Virus record (IMG/VR): IMGVR_UViG_3300027782_000038
DNA from: a virus
Direction: 5' to 3' (one strand)
Length of the DNA: 64,000 bases
The notes under the pieces were generated by a model. That model had not been told where the DNA came from, searched no databases, and saw only the letters and a program-made list of their open reading frames with translations. Both the position numbers and the translations under genes were made by a program. Below are positions 28,081 through 39,242 of this stretch, piece by piece (position 1 is the first letter of the stretch; every line of letters begins with the position of its first letter).

Positions 28081-28400
28081 TTGAGGGCATCGACTATTGT
28101 TTCATATATCCAAAAGACGATGCCCAAACGGTACATATTCGTCTTTTGGTTGGTGAATATAAAGATACGGTATTTAAATTTGGAAAAGTAAAATTCGAAG
28201 AAAAGAATGAACAGATGTATTTACTTTTTGCTTATGATGTGTTAGAATCTACTGTATCGAAACCAAAAAAGTTGGAGAAAGATGCCGACTTTAAAAATTA
28301 CATTGGTGACTTGTTGGTTGAAATTATGTCACAAAATATTGAGGAAGAAATAATTGATGAGACTGGAAACGACCATTCTGAAAAATCTGATTTACAATGA
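28074..28400 (+). CDS. Conserved hypothetical protein between uvsX and gp41
   Basis: ORF, synteny. Confidence 0.6.
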   Translation: MLIEGIDYCFIYPKDDAQTVHIRLLVGEYKDTVFKFGKVKFEEKNEQMYLLFAYDVLESTVSKPKKLEKDADFKNYIGDLLVEIMSQNIEEEIIDETGNDHSEKSDLQ

Positions 28401-29742
28401 AGATTACCTAAGAAAAGTATTACCCTTTGTAAAGCCAGAATATTTTCAAGATAAAACCGAACGTACAATCTTTAATGAAATATCATCATTCACAACGACT
28501 TACAATAGTACACCAACGATTGAAGCAATCGGTATTGCCGTCAAAGAAAGGAATTCTTTTTCAGATGATGAAGTGGAGAAGTTACACTCTTATCTTAAAG
28601 AAATTGAAAGTAATAAAGAAACAAGTACCCAAGTACAATGGCTTGTTGATAAGACAGAAAAGTTTTGTCAAGAGAAAGCAATTTACAATGCAGTATTGGG
28701 GTCTATTTCAATTCTCGATGGTAAAGACAAAACAAATGACAAAGGTCAGATTCCCAAGATATTATCAGATGCGTTAGCAATAAGTTTTGATGCAACTGTT
28801 GGTCATGACTATTTGGAAAACTCAGATGAACGGTATGAATTTTATCATAAGACAGAAGAAAGAATTCCATTTGACCTAGAATTTTTCAATAAAATCACCA
28901 AAGGTGGTTTACCAAAGAAAACTCTTAATATCGCATTAGCTGGTACAGGTGTCGGTAAATCTTTGTTTATGTGTCATGTGGCTGCTGGTGCAATGACACA
29001 AGGTAAGAATGTTCTATATATCACTATGGAAATGGCTGAAGAAAAGATTGCGGAACGTATTGATACAAACTTATTGAATGTTACCATTGATGACTTGATG
29101 GAATTACCTAAAGATGTGTATGACAAAAAGGTCAAACGTGTCAGAGATAAAACCACAGGTAAATTGATTATCAAAGAATATCCGACAGCCTCAGCTTCAA
29201 CTATTCACTTCAGGACCCTATTGAATGAACTTAATCTCAAAAAGTCTTTTGTGCCTGATATTATCTTTATTGATTATCTCAACATATGTTGTAGCTCTAG
29301 AATTAAAGCAGGAGCAAACATTAATTCGTACACTTATGTTAAATCAATCGCTGAAGAATTGCGTGGTCTTGCCGTTGAATTCGGAGTACCAATTGTATCT
29401 GCGACACAAACAACACGATCAGGTTTTAGTTCTTCCGATCCAGGACTTGAAGATACAAGCGAGAGTTTTGGTTTGCCTGCCACCGCCGATTTGATGTTTG
29501 CTTTGATTACTTCAGAAGAATTGGAAGGTCTAAATCAAATCATGGTTAAGCAATTGAAAAATCGTTATGCTGATCCAACATATTACAAAAGGTTTACTGT
29601 TGGTATTGATAGATCGAAAATGAGATTGTATGATATTGAACAATCCGGACAATCTGGTATTGCAGATGCAGGCCATACTGGGCCTACAAAACCTAATGCT
29701 CCCGGTTCTACAAAAAAATCATTTGATGGATTTAAAGTATGA
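28357..29742 (+). CDS. gp41: Replicative helicase gp41
   Basis: AGTGVGKS, IDYLNIC, SESFGLPATAD, KNRY. Confidence 0.96.
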   Translation: MRLETTILKNLIYNEDYLRKVLPFVKPEYFQDKTERTIFNEISSFTTTYNSTPTIEAIGIAVKERNSFSDDEVEKLHSYLKEIESNKETSTQVQWLVDKTEKFCQEKAIYNAVLGSISILDGKDKTNDKGQIPKILSDALAISFDATVGHDYLENSDERYEFYHKTEERIPFDLEFFNKITKGGLPKKTLNIALAGTGVGKSLFMCHVAAGAMTQGKNVLYITMEMAEEKIAERIDTNLLNVTIDDLMELPKDVYDKKVKRVRDKTTGKLIIKEYPTASASTIHFRTLLNELNLKKSFVPDIIFIDYLNICCSSRIKAGANINSYTYVKSIAEELRGLAVEFGVPIVSATQTTRSGFSSSDPGLEDTSESFGLPATADLMFALITSEELEGLNQIMVKQLKNRYADPTYYKRFTVGIDRSKMRLYDIEQSGQSGIADAGHTGPTKPNAPGSTKKSFDGFKV

Positions 29743-30848
29743 AGTTAACTACCGAACAGGCTTTATATTGTTCTAAAGTGTTTGATGATTACTTCAGTAA
29801 TATTGGAAGTACTGAAGAATATATGCGTGATGAAAAGTTAAAAAATCTTAGTGATTTACCTTCTACATTATTTCCAATAGAAGATGATTTATTTTCTGAT
29901 TTTTCTATGCATCCAAAAGATATGGATATCACCGTAAGTGAAATTCCAAATACTCAATGGCAATCTTTGGTTGCAATTACTTCATCACATATCAATAAGT
30001 CTCCAGTTGGTAAGAACCTTCAACTGGCAGTCAAAGAAAAGAATTCGGGAAAGATTCTAGGTTTCATTCGTTTAGGTTCACCATTGATCTATATGAAACC
30101 TCGTAATGAATTGCTTGGACAGGTCTGGATTCAACAACCTGATACATCCAAACGATTCAATGATGCTACAGTAATGGGTTTTGTTATTGTACCATCACAG
30201 CCTTTCGGTTTCAACTATCTTGGTGGTAAACTTTTGGCCGCCATTTGTACTAGTCACACCGTCAGAGAAATGTGTAATAAAAAATATGGTATGAATGTAT
30301 GTCTGTTTGAAACCACTAGTTTGTATGGTACAACAAAATCTGTATCACAGTATGATGGTATGAAACCATTTATAAGATTTGGTGGCCTAACAGAATCAGA
30401 CATTGTACCTATGATGCATGGTGAAAGATATCATTCCTTGAAACAATATGTTGAAGATATTGTTGGAGATTTATTACAAGGTGATACTTCAACCACAAGT
30501 AGAAAATTGAGAACATTCACTAAGATTATTGCTCTCACTAAGGCTGCATTAAAAGGAACAACCGAAGGTGATAAGTTCCTTTCAACAATTGAAAATGCCA
30601 AAGAATTAACTGAAAGAAAACGTTATTATACATCAGATTATGGTTTTAAAAATACGATAGATTACATGGCTTGTAGGACAGATACTTTAATTCCTGGTGA
30701 AAATTATCACAAACATGAATTAGGTAATATTGTTGAATGGTGGCGTAATAAAGCTATAAATAGATATGAAACCCTAAAAAATGAGGGTAGATTGAGGACA
30801 GAATTAGAAATCTGGACTTCTGGAAAATATATTCAAATTATTAGGTAA
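29739..30848 (+). CDS. DUF4338/DruA-like protein, copy 2
   Basis: IVPSQPFGFNYLGGKLLA...ETTSLYG...SQYDG. Confidence 0.6.
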   Translation: MKLTTEQALYCSKVFDDYFSNIGSTEEYMRDEKLKNLSDLPSTLFPIEDDLFSDFSMHPKDMDITVSEIPNTQWQSLVAITSSHINKSPVGKNLQLAVKEKNSGKILGFIRLGSPLIYMKPRNELLGQVWIQQPDTSKRFNDATVMGFVIVPSQPFGFNYLGGKLLAAICTSHTVREMCNKKYGMNVCLFETTSLYGTTKSVSQYDGMKPFIRFGGLTESDIVPMMHGERYHSLKQYVEDIVGDLLQGDTSTTSRKLRTFTKIIALTKAALKGTTEGDKFLSTIENAKELTERKRYYTSDYGFKNTIDYMACRTDTLIPGENYHKHELGNIVEWWRNKAINRYETLKNEGRLRTELEIWTSGKYIQIIR

Positions 30849-30852
30849 TATT

Positions 30853-31569
30853 ATGACTGCGACTGTGATTATACCAACAACTGGTGCAACTGAAGTTAGA
30901 AGTGCTATAGAATCCGTATTAAATCAAACATACGACACAATTTGTTATGTTGTATGTGATGGTAACAAATTCAAAAGCAAAACAAAGGTAATCCTTGATG
31001 ATTATCTTGGTAACAAAAATTTAAGAGTTTGTTACCTTCCGGAAAATGTAGGTGCAAATGGTTTCTATGGACACCGTGTATATGCATCATTCACACATTT
31101 AGTAAATACAGAATATGTGATGTACCTAGACCAAGACAATTGGTTGGAAAAAACTCATGTTCAATCCTGTATAGATACAATCATTGATAAAAAACTCCAA
31201 TGGTGTCACTCCCTCAGAAACATTTACGACAAACAATCTAACTTTGTATGTGAAGATAATTGCGAATCACTTGGTAAGTGGATGGCATGGACGAATACAT
31301 ATCATATAGATACTAATACATATTTCTTAAAAAGAGAAATTGCAATTAAATTAGCAAGTGCATGGCATGGTGGTTGGGGACAAGATAGAGTATTTTTACA
31401 AGTAATCAATCAGTATTTTCCACAAACATATAGTTGTACTGGTGAATATACGGTGAATTATCGTGTTGATGGTGGTGAAGGATCAGTTAATAAAGAGTTC
31501 TTCATCAAAGGTAATGAATTTATGATTGACAAATATAATGGAGAATTTCCTTGGAAGAAAAAGATTTAG
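30853..31569 (+). CDS. Glycosyltransferase family 2
   Basis: VIIPT..AIESVLNQT, YLDQD. Confidence 0.85.
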   Translation: MTATVIIPTTGATEVRSAIESVLNQTYDTICYVVCDGNKFKSKTKVILDDYLGNKNLRVCYLPENVGANGFYGHRVYASFTHLVNTEYVMYLDQDNWLEKTHVQSCIDTIIDKKLQWCHSLRNIYDKQSNFVCEDNCESLGKWMAWTNTYHIDTNTYFLKREIAIKLASAWHGGWGQDRVFLQVINQYFPQTYSCTGEYTVNYRVDGGEGSVNKEFFIKGNEFMIDKYNGEFPWKKKI

Positions 31570-32423
31570 TAATTGGTTTCATTACAGATTATACAGACTA
31601 CGGTAAAATAAAACCATATGTGAATTCACTGAATCGTTGTGGATTTACTGGTGATAAGATCATGGTAGTTTACAATATTGGTTACGATATCGTCAACCAA
31701 CTACAACAAGATGGATTTACAGTTATTGGTTTCGAACGTGATGAAATCAATAATAGATTTGTATACAAACAAAAATTTAATGTTGTTGTAAGTAGATTCT
31801 TCCATATTTGGTTTCTACTCAAAGAAATGGAAAAGAAATATCGTTACGTCATATCTGTTGATGTGGCTGATGTTATATTTCAGAAAAACCCTTCAGCCTG
31901 GCTTGCAGAAAACATGAATGGTAAAAAACTTTGTGTTGGTGCTGAGAATCTGAAATATAAAGATGAGTCTTGGGGTATCCACAATATGTACCAATCTTTT
32001 GGTGATATTGCTGCCATCTATATGCAAGATAAACCAATCTATAATGCTGGTACAGTTGCCGGAGAGTTTGACACCTTCTTAGACTTCTGTTATAATATAT
32101 TCTTATTGTGTCAAGGTGCACCTATGGATGTTCCTGGCGGTGGAGGTCCTGACCAAGCTGCATTGAATATATTGTTATCATTAGAACCATATAAATCAAT
32201 TACCAAATTTAATACACATGAAGATGATTGGGCTTGTCAATGTGGTACTACTGTTGATCCAAACAAGATTAATAGTTTCAGACCAAACTTCTTAGTCAAA
32301 ACCGAACCTGTTTGGCGTGATAACGATAGTGTGTATAATAATAAAGATGATAAGTATGTTTTGGTTCATCAATATAATCGTGTTCCGGAATGGAATGAAA
32401 AATTAAGGAAGAAATATGAGTGA
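31551..32423 (+). CDS. Putative glycosyltransferase (GT-A)
   Basis: DVADVIFQ, NAG, DQAALN, HQY. Confidence 0.65.
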   Translation: MEEKDLVIGFITDYTDYGKIKPYVNSLNRCGFTGDKIMVVYNIGYDIVNQLQQDGFTVIGFERDEINNRFVYKQKFNVVVSRFFHIWFLLKEMEKKYRYVISVDVADVIFQKNPSAWLAENMNGKKLCVGAENLKYKDESWGIHNMYQSFGDIAAIYMQDKPIYNAGTVAGEFDTFLDFCYNIFLLCQGAPMDVPGGGGPDQAALNILLSLEPYKSITKFNTHEDDWACQCGTTVDPNKINSFRPNFLVKTEPVWRDNDSVYNNKDDKYVLVHQYNRVPEWNEKLRKKYE

Positions 32424-33060
32424 TGTGATTACATATAATACTGAAACAAATCAATACACTAAACAGGAAGCGCACGTTGATCCATGGGAACATCTAGATG
32501 TTGATGGTTGGGTACAGAAACAAGTTGAGTGGGGTGAAGCAAACCCTTCAGGTCGTGGATTGATTCCTTATCTACAGAAGTTGGGTACTGATCTTGTTGG
32601 TGCAGAGATTGGTGTTTGTCTTGGTGTTACCGCAGAATTAATTCTAAAAGATAAAGACACAAACATTAAAACATACTATGCTGTGGATAATTATCCAACA
32701 TATATTGATTGGAATGATTTACCAATTACAACAGAACGCCAAGAAAGAATTAAATTAAACGCATATAATCGTTTATTCCCGCATGGAGAAGTTGCATTTG
32801 TTTACGAAGATAGTAAAACATTTGCTGAATCTATTGGTGATGAATCATTGGATTTTATCTTCATTGATGCTGATCACACATACGAAGGTGCTTTGCGTGA
32901 CTTCAAACAGTTTTGGCCTAAAGTAAAGAAAGGTGGTATTTTTTCCGGTCATGATTTGAATATACCAACAGTCAATAAAGCAATTCGTGAATTCTTTGGT
33001 GAAAAGGCAAGTAAAATTATTCCTCTAATTGATAACGCTTGGTTATATTATAAGGATTAA
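32416..33060 (+). CDS. SAM-dependent methyltransferase (Methyltransf_24-like)
   Basis: EIGVCLG, DFIFIDADHTYE, GG..SGHD. Confidence 0.85.
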   Translation: MSDVITYNTETNQYTKQEAHVDPWEHLDVDGWVQKQVEWGEANPSGRGLIPYLQKLGTDLVGAEIGVCLGVTAELILKDKDTNIKTYYAVDNYPTYIDWNDLPITTERQERIKLNAYNRLFPHGEVAFVYEDSKTFAESIGDESLDFIFIDADHTYEGALRDFKQFWPKVKKGGIFSGHDLNIPTVNKAIREFFGEKASKIIPLIDNAWLYYKD

Positions 33061-33061
33061 T

Positions 33062-33616
33062 ATGTACTGTTCACAATTGGGTCAGGACAAATTAGTAGAT
33101 GATTACTTAAAAGAAAAAAGAGATGTATATTTTCTAGATATTGGTTGTTGTCATTGGGACTATATGAGCAATACCTGTTTCTTTGAGAAGGTAAGAAATT
33201 GGAAAGGTATTGGTGTTGATTTGATGGAAAAGTATGCCGGTGAGTGGGAACAACATAGACCAAATAGTATATTTCATTTAGGCAATGCAGTTGAAGTTGA
33301 TTATCAGAAATTATTAGATGATAATAATGCACCTATGGTTATTGATTATTTAACCATTGATGTTGATCCACCAACAACACTATCACTTGAAGCCTTATAT
33401 GCAGTTTTTAAATCCAATCGTAAATTTAATGTGATCACTTTTGAAACTGATTATGGTGGTGATGTTGAATGTAACTTCACAAGACCTGGCACCTGTGATG
33501 CATCTAGGGAGTTTTTGATAGATAGGGGTTATAAATTAATCTCTGAAATATATACTAGAAATGATACTTATCATGTAGATGATTTTTGGGTTCATAATTC
33601 AATTATTGAGATATAA
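33062..33616 (+). CDS. FkbM-like methyltransferase
   Basis: SQLGQD, FLDIG, SNT, W.GI.VD, IDYLTIDVD. Confidence 0.75.
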   Translation: MYCSQLGQDKLVDDYLKEKRDVYFLDIGCCHWDYMSNTCFFEKVRNWKGIGVDLMEKYAGEWEQHRPNSIFHLGNAVEVDYQKLLDDNNAPMVIDYLTIDVDPPTTLSLEALYAVFKSNRKFNVITFETDYGGDVECNFTRPGTCDASREFLIDRGYKLISEIYTRNDTYHVDDFWVHNSIIEI

Positions 33617-33617
33617 A

Positions 33618-34613
33618 ATGAAAAAATATAAAAAGATTATTGTTTGGGGTGCAAAGCAAGATACTGGTCACACTCACGCTTTCATTCATGGTGCTATTGT
33701 TCGTGCTGCAAAAGCAATGGGCATTGAAACTTATTGGTTAGACAATCGTGATAATGTGACTGAAGAATTTTTTAATGATGCTATCATCATTACAGAACAA
33801 TGGTTAGCATTTTATAATGGTTATAGTAATAATTTACCATTAAATAAAACTTCTTGTTATCTTGTGCATTATCTCGGAAATAAAGGTAATGTTGAGGGAA
33901 ATCCTGGTGCAGAAATGTATCTAGGTAAAGTTGGTAAGTTGATTGATTTTAGATTTACTGCCGAACATGGTTGGGGTGTGAATGGTGAAATTGATAAGAA
34001 TTATGCTTACATTTTCGACAAGAAAAATTACGAAGCATTTAATGATGTTTCTTATTATGAGGCAAATAGTTTTGATTATGATCGTTTCTATTCTATTTGG
34101 GCAACAGACTTGTTACCTGAAGAAATAAATTTCGATCATAGATTTACTCCACAACAACGTAGAGCTTTCTTCTGTGGTACTATACGTCAAGATAATGCAC
34201 CTGTGTTTGAGAATTTTGTTAAGAAATGTGAACAACATCAAATTCCATTTCTATACAGTACACCGTTCCAAAATCCGTTGTCTACAGAGGATGTTAGGAA
34301 AGCAGTTGTAGAATCATTGTTGCCCTTGGATTGCAGACCAGCAAATCATTTAGCAAATGGATACATTGCTTGTCGTACAATCAAGAACGTAAGTTACGGT
34401 GCTTTGGGTATGACTAACTCAAAATCAATTTATGATTTCTTTGAAGGTGAGATTGCATACGCTGCGGATTCAGGTGATTTATTCGATGTTGCAATGGAAA
34501 TGCAGAACGACCAAAAGACCAAAGATTTGATTTTGAATCAGATGAAACGAATTAAAGAACAACATACATACATTAACAGAGTGAACGATATTATTAAGGC
34601 GGCGGAGATTTGA
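33618..34613 (+). CDS. Putative glycosyltransferase (GT-B-like)
   Basis: Cluster context; C-terminal HTYINRV pattern. Confidence 0.5.
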   Translation: MKKYKKIIVWGAKQDTGHTHAFIHGAIVRAAKAMGIETYWLDNRDNVTEEFFNDAIIITEQWLAFYNGYSNNLPLNKTSCYLVHYLGNKGNVEGNPGAEMYLGKVGKLIDFRFTAEHGWGVNGEIDKNYAYIFDKKNYEAFNDVSYYEANSFDYDRFYSIWATDLLPEEINFDHRFTPQQRRAFFCGTIRQDNAPVFENFVKKCEQHQIPFLYSTPFQNPLSTEDVRKAVVESLLPLDCRPANHLANGYIACRTIKNVSYGALGMTNSKSIYDFFEGEIAYAADSGDLFDVAMEMQNDQKTKDLILNQMKRIKEQHTYINRVNDIIKAAEI

Positions 34614-34614
34614 T

Positions 34615-35478
34615 ATGAAAATTTTGATTACAGGTCATATGGGTTTTGTTGGTAAATACTTCATGCGTAAGTACAAAGACCATGACATTACAGGTATTGA
34701 TATTAAAGAAGGTAATGATTGTCGTGATTTCTTTAAGACTGATGATAACCACTACGACATGATTATTCATTTGGCTGCTATCGTTGGTGGTCGTGAAACA
34801 ATTGAAAATAATCCATTATCAGTAGCAACAGATTTAGCAATTGATTCTGATATGATGCAATGGGCATTGAGAACAAAACCAAAACGAGTTATTTATTTTT
34901 CATCTTCTGCTGCATATCCGATTCATATACAAGAACATGGCGGCTTTAGATTACGTGAATCAGACATTAAATTAAATGATATTAGAAATCCTGATTTAAC
35001 ATATGGTTGGGCTAAATTGACAGGTGAGTATTGCTTACAATTCCTACAAGAAAAAGGAATTCGTGTTCATGTATTCAGACCATTTAGTGGCTATGGTACA
35101 GACCAAGACTTGTCATATCCATTCCCATCATTCATCAAACGAGCAAATGATTTAATGAACCCATTTGATATTTGGGGTGATGGCAATCAAGTTCGTGATT
35201 TCATTCATATGCAAGATATTGTGGATGCTGTTGATGAGGCAATCAAGCAAGATATTCAAGGACCTGTAAATCTTGGTTCTGGTAATGCAACATCATTCAA
35301 TAAATTGAAAGAAATTGTTTGTGGTATTCGAGGATATAATCCAGAAGTTAATCACATCGAAACAGCACCAGTTGGTGTGATGTATCGTGTTGCATATCCA
35401 AATAAAATGTTATCTTTTTATAAACCAAAAATTAATTTGTATGATGGAATTTCTCGTGCATTGAGGGGTGAAATTTAA
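34615..35478 (+). CDS. NAD-dependent epimerase/dehydratase
   Basis: TGHMGFVG, HLAA, YGWAK, GDGNQVRDF. Confidence 0.92.
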   Translation: MKILITGHMGFVGKYFMRKYKDHDITGIDIKEGNDCRDFFKTDDNHYDMIIHLAAIVGGRETIENNPLSVATDLAIDSDMMQWALRTKPKRVIYFSSSAAYPIHIQEHGGFRLRESDIKLNDIRNPDLTYGWAKLTGEYCLQFLQEKGIRVHVFRPFSGYGTDQDLSYPFPSFIKRANDLMNPFDIWGDGNQVRDFIHMQDIVDAVDEAIKQDIQGPVNLGSGNATSFNKLKEIVCGIRGYNPEVNHIETAPVGVMYRVAYPNKMLSFYKPKINLYDGISRALRGEI

Positions 35479-36083
35479 TGGAATTCATTTATAATACAGC
35501 TAATGCGTCCATTGTAAAGAAATCCCAGAATAAAATAATTGACATTGGTTCTGGTCCACATCCAAAACCTGATGCAGATGTTCTTATGGACATTCACCAA
35601 TGGGGTAATGTAAATTGTTTACATAATCTAATGGACACTCCTTATCCATTTGAAGATAATACTTTTGAGAAAGCATACATGGGTGATGTAGTCGAACACA
35701 TTTCCATTTTTGATATTAATAGAGTATTAACCGAAGTCTGTCGTATACTAAAACCTGGTGCAACACTAGAAGTTACTGTACCTGATATGGACTGGATTAT
35801 AGAAAGACTTTATAAAAAAGATTGGAATCACCATGCTAATGTTGATTGGTTGAACCCAACAGATGATCCATGGAAAAATGCTTTATCTTATTTGTTCGGT
35901 GGGTTTCATAATAAAGATGAATACAAACTAGAAGGAATGGGACACCTTAACGCATTTAATCAAAAATCACTCAAAGAATTATTAGAAAATAATGGATTTA
36001 TTGATTGTGACCGTCATCCTGATATGAGAAATCCTGAACCTGCTAGAATGTCAGTTCTTAAAATGGTATGCAAGAAAGCATGA
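35478..36083 (+). CDS. SAM-dependent methyltransferase
   Basis: DIGSG, PFEDNTF, VEH, RILKPG. Confidence 0.85.
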   Translation: MEFIYNTANASIVKKSQNKIIDIGSGPHPKPDADVLMDIHQWGNVNCLHNLMDTPYPFEDNTFEKAYMGDVVEHISIFDINRVLTEVCRILKPGATLEVTVPDMDWIIERLYKKDWNHHANVDWLNPTDDPWKNALSYLFGGFHNKDEYKLEGMGHLNAFNQKSLKELLENNGFIDCDRHPDMRNPEPARMSVLKMVCKKA

Positions 36084-37042
36084 AAATATTATTTGTAGTA
36101 CATCGTTATGCACCTTATCCTGGTGGCTCAGAATATAATGTTCAAAGAACAGCTGAAGAATGTGTTCGCCGTGGCATTGAAGTCACTGTTGTTGCCGGTG
36201 AACATAAAGGAGATTTAAATGGAGTTACTGTTACTTCTGGTGTTAATCCTGATGACTTTGACCTTATTGTAATACATGGTGGTGATGTTTCTGTTCAGAA
36301 TCTATTTCTACAGAATATTAACAATTTCAAGGCACCAGTCCTTTATTGGTTAATCAAGCCATCAGAAAGTCCAATCTGTTTGCAAGCATTAAAAGACGCA
36401 AAATATATTGGCTGTTCTACAGAAGAAGATTGGGAACACGTTGAGAAATGGGGTGTTAAAGATAAGTCATATAAGATTGCATACGGTATCAAAGAAGAAG
36501 ATGCTGGTACAGTTGGAATATTCAAGAAAAAGTATGGTATTGCTGATGATGTAAAAATGTTCTTATCTTGTGGCGGTTATTGGCCTAATAAGAGAATGAA
36601 AGAATTGGCATCAGCATTTAAAGAAGCAAATCTTGAAAATGCAGTTCTTGTAACAACAGGTTATGACAATCGACACGATTTAATGCCAGAAGCCTCACAT
36701 AATGTTATTCCTTTGATGATTGAAGATCCATCGGAAATCAAAGATGCCATGGCCGATGCATATTGTTATATTATGAATTCTGATGCAGAGGGTTTTGGGC
36801 TTGTTTTATTGGAATCCATGTTAAATTGTACACCTTGGATTTCTCGTAATATTGCTGGTGCAAAATTGATGAGTGATTATGGTTGTGTGTATGATACTGA
36901 AGAAGATTTGACTCTTATTCTTAAACTTTGGCAAGAAGATGGATGGGGTCTTACCCGAACTGATGCGGCATATGATTTTGTTACTGAAAATAACTTAATT
37001 AAAAATACGGTAGATGATATACTTAAAATAATAAATATATAA
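36080..37042 (+). CDS. Glycosyltransferase family 4
   Basis: GGSE, EGFGLVLLESM. Confidence 0.88.
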   Translation: MKILFVVHRYAPYPGGSEYNVQRTAEECVRRGIEVTVVAGEHKGDLNGVTVTSGVNPDDFDLIVIHGGDVSVQNLFLQNINNFKAPVLYWLIKPSESPICLQALKDAKYIGCSTEEDWEHVEKWGVKDKSYKIAYGIKEEDAGTVGIFKKKYGIADDVKMFLSCGGYWPNKRMKELASAFKEANLENAVLVTTGYDNRHDLMPEASHNVIPLMIEDPSEIKDAMADAYCYIMNSDAEGFGLVLLESMLNCTPWISRNIAGAKLMSDYGCVYDTEEDLTLILKLWQEDGWGLTRTDAAYDFVTENNLIKNTVDDILKIINI

Positions 37043-37103
37043 ATAAGTCAAACATCCGTTTTCTTAAAGCAACCATAGTGTGTTGCAAGTCTGAAAGGAA
37101 ATC

Positions 37104-38283
37104 ATGAAATCATTTATAACTTTTCTAAAAGAATCTACCGAAGGTGAGGAAGGTGCCAAACTAAAGCATATTCACCATGCGGAAGATCGTCCTCTCATGC
37201 ACGGTGCTGCTGGTTTTGAACACGCTCATGCCGCTTTAATGAAAGCTCACGAACATATCAAACGTGGTGAACATCATTCTGGTCTTACCATGAAATATGA
37301 TGGTTCACCTTCTATTGTTTTTGGTCATCACCCAACTACTGGTAAGTTTTTTGTTGCATCTAAGTCAGCATTTAACAAAACACCAAAAATCAACTATACA
37401 CACAAAGATATCGAAAAAAATCATGGTCATGCACCAGGATTGGTCAGTAAACTGAAGGATTCTTTAGATCATTTACCTAAAGTTGCACCAAAGAAAGGTG
37501 TGTATCAAGGTGATGTAATGTTCTCACATGGAGATGTTCATAGTCATGAGTAAAGTATCTTTCACCCCAAATACCATCACTTATACGGCTAAGGGTCCTG
37601 AAGCCGATAAGATCAAACGTGCTAAAGTTGGTGTTGTTGTACATACACAATATCACGGAAAAGACCTTGATTCAATGAGAGCTGATCCACATCCGGATAC
37701 AGAAAAATTTAAACAACATCCGGATGTTTGGCATAAATCAGCAGAACATGATACTAGTAAAGTTCATTATGCTAAAAAGGCACAAGATACATTTCAACAT
37801 CATATGGATGCAGCAAAAGACATTCACGAAAAGCACGGCCATGAAATGTATGCTGCTACAGAAAGACACCAAGGTGATGCAGGTCATTTGTCAACATATA
37901 TAAATCACACAGTTCGTACAGGTGAAAAACCTACGGCTGCTGGTTTACAAAAACATATCATGGGTAAACATATCCGTGAAGCTGAAAAAGTTAAGACTGA
38001 TGCATCAAAAGAAAAGAAATTGACTGCTGGTAAAGAACACGTTGAACATATTGAACAAAATAAAAAACATTACAATAATTTGTTGAATATGCACGGACAT
38101 TTACAGAAAGCAAAAGATGTTCTAGTTCACACACTCAACCAACATGAAGGTGGTTTAGAACATGATATTAGTGGTAAAAAAACACAACCTGAAGGTTTTG
38201 TTGTACACCATGATAATGAACCAACCAAACTAGTAAATCGTAAAGAATTTGCAAGAGCTAACTTATTAAAGGTGCGTAAATGA
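37104..38283 (+). CDS. His-rich ligase-like nucleotidyltransferase (DUF6267-like), broken into 37104-37553 and about 37546-38283
   Basis: KYDG in first part; EGFVV and KLV in second; late promoter TATAAATA at 37038. Confidence 0.6.
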
Positions 38284-39242
38284 TAACATTTAAATCATAT
38301 CTGTTAGAAGGTCGGGGTATACTAACTGCTTCAGGTGTTACTGGTGAAGATCATAAAAAAAGATATATTGATCCTCATGTAGGTTCAAAAACACCCACTC
38401 ACGTTTTAGCAAAAGAACATGATGATATTCCAGCAGGTTCGGCCGTAAAAATTCATAAAGTCGAACATATAAATGGTAAAATACACGTTCATGCTGAAGA
38501 TGAGACTGGAAATCATCATGTAATTCCTATTTCTAAATTACATAAACCTGGTGATCAACCTAAAAATAAAGGTCATGAATACGAATCTAAATTTGTTGAA
38601 AGATTGAAAAAACATAAAATTATGCCTAAACATTTATCTGGAGCTGGTTCAACTAGCGGCACTGATTTTTCTGTTCATAATAAGAAAAAAGGAACTTTTA
38701 CTACAGGTACAGTTTCCGGTCACTTATTGAATGGTGAAACTAAAAATGGCACTACTGCCGCAATGGGACAATTAACAATACATCATGACAGTGAAAAAGG
38801 TTGGCATATTAAAGATTCTCAAAGAGCTAAACGTCCAGAATATGCAAAACATATTGAGAAATCTGGTATATTGAAACACATGAATAAACACGAACCTGAA
38901 CCTGAGAAATCTGAAACTACAGCTAGTGGTCGTACAAAGTCAATTGAAATTAAACATCCAAATTTACATCCAGCTGAAGCTTATTTAAAAGATCATCATG
39001 TCCATGTGTTACAAGTAGGTGGCCACGGAACTTATAAAGTTGGTGAAAAAGATGAAACTGGTCACGGTTTACCATCAATTTCAGGTAAAGGTAAGTGGAG
39101 AATCAGAGAAAAACAAAAGGGCAATAAGAGTGCTAGAACTGTGGCTTTCCATCCCGATGGTGTTAAAGGTTTAAATAAGAGTCATGTTGATTTAGATAAA
39201 GATGAAGATTTACATAAATTTAAAAAGACATTAGGACATTAA
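38280..39242 (+). CDS. His-rich hypothetical protein, possible PD-(D/E)xK fold
   Basis: YE..F...TDF...GETK pattern. Confidence 0.45.
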   Translation: MITFKSYLLEGRGILTASGVTGEDHKKRYIDPHVGSKTPTHVLAKEHDDIPAGSAVKIHKVEHINGKIHVHAEDETGNHHVIPISKLHKPGDQPKNKGHEYESKFVERLKKHKIMPKHLSGAGSTSGTDFSVHNKKKGTFTTGTVSGHLLNGETKNGTTAAMGQLTIHHDSEKGWHIKDSQRAKRPEYAKHIEKSGILKHMNKHEPEPEKSETTASGRTKSIEIKHPNLHPAEAYLKDHHVHVLQVGGHGTYKVGEKDETGHGLPSISGKGKWRIREKQKGNKSARTVAFHPDGVKGLNKSHVDLDKDEDLHKFKKTLGH

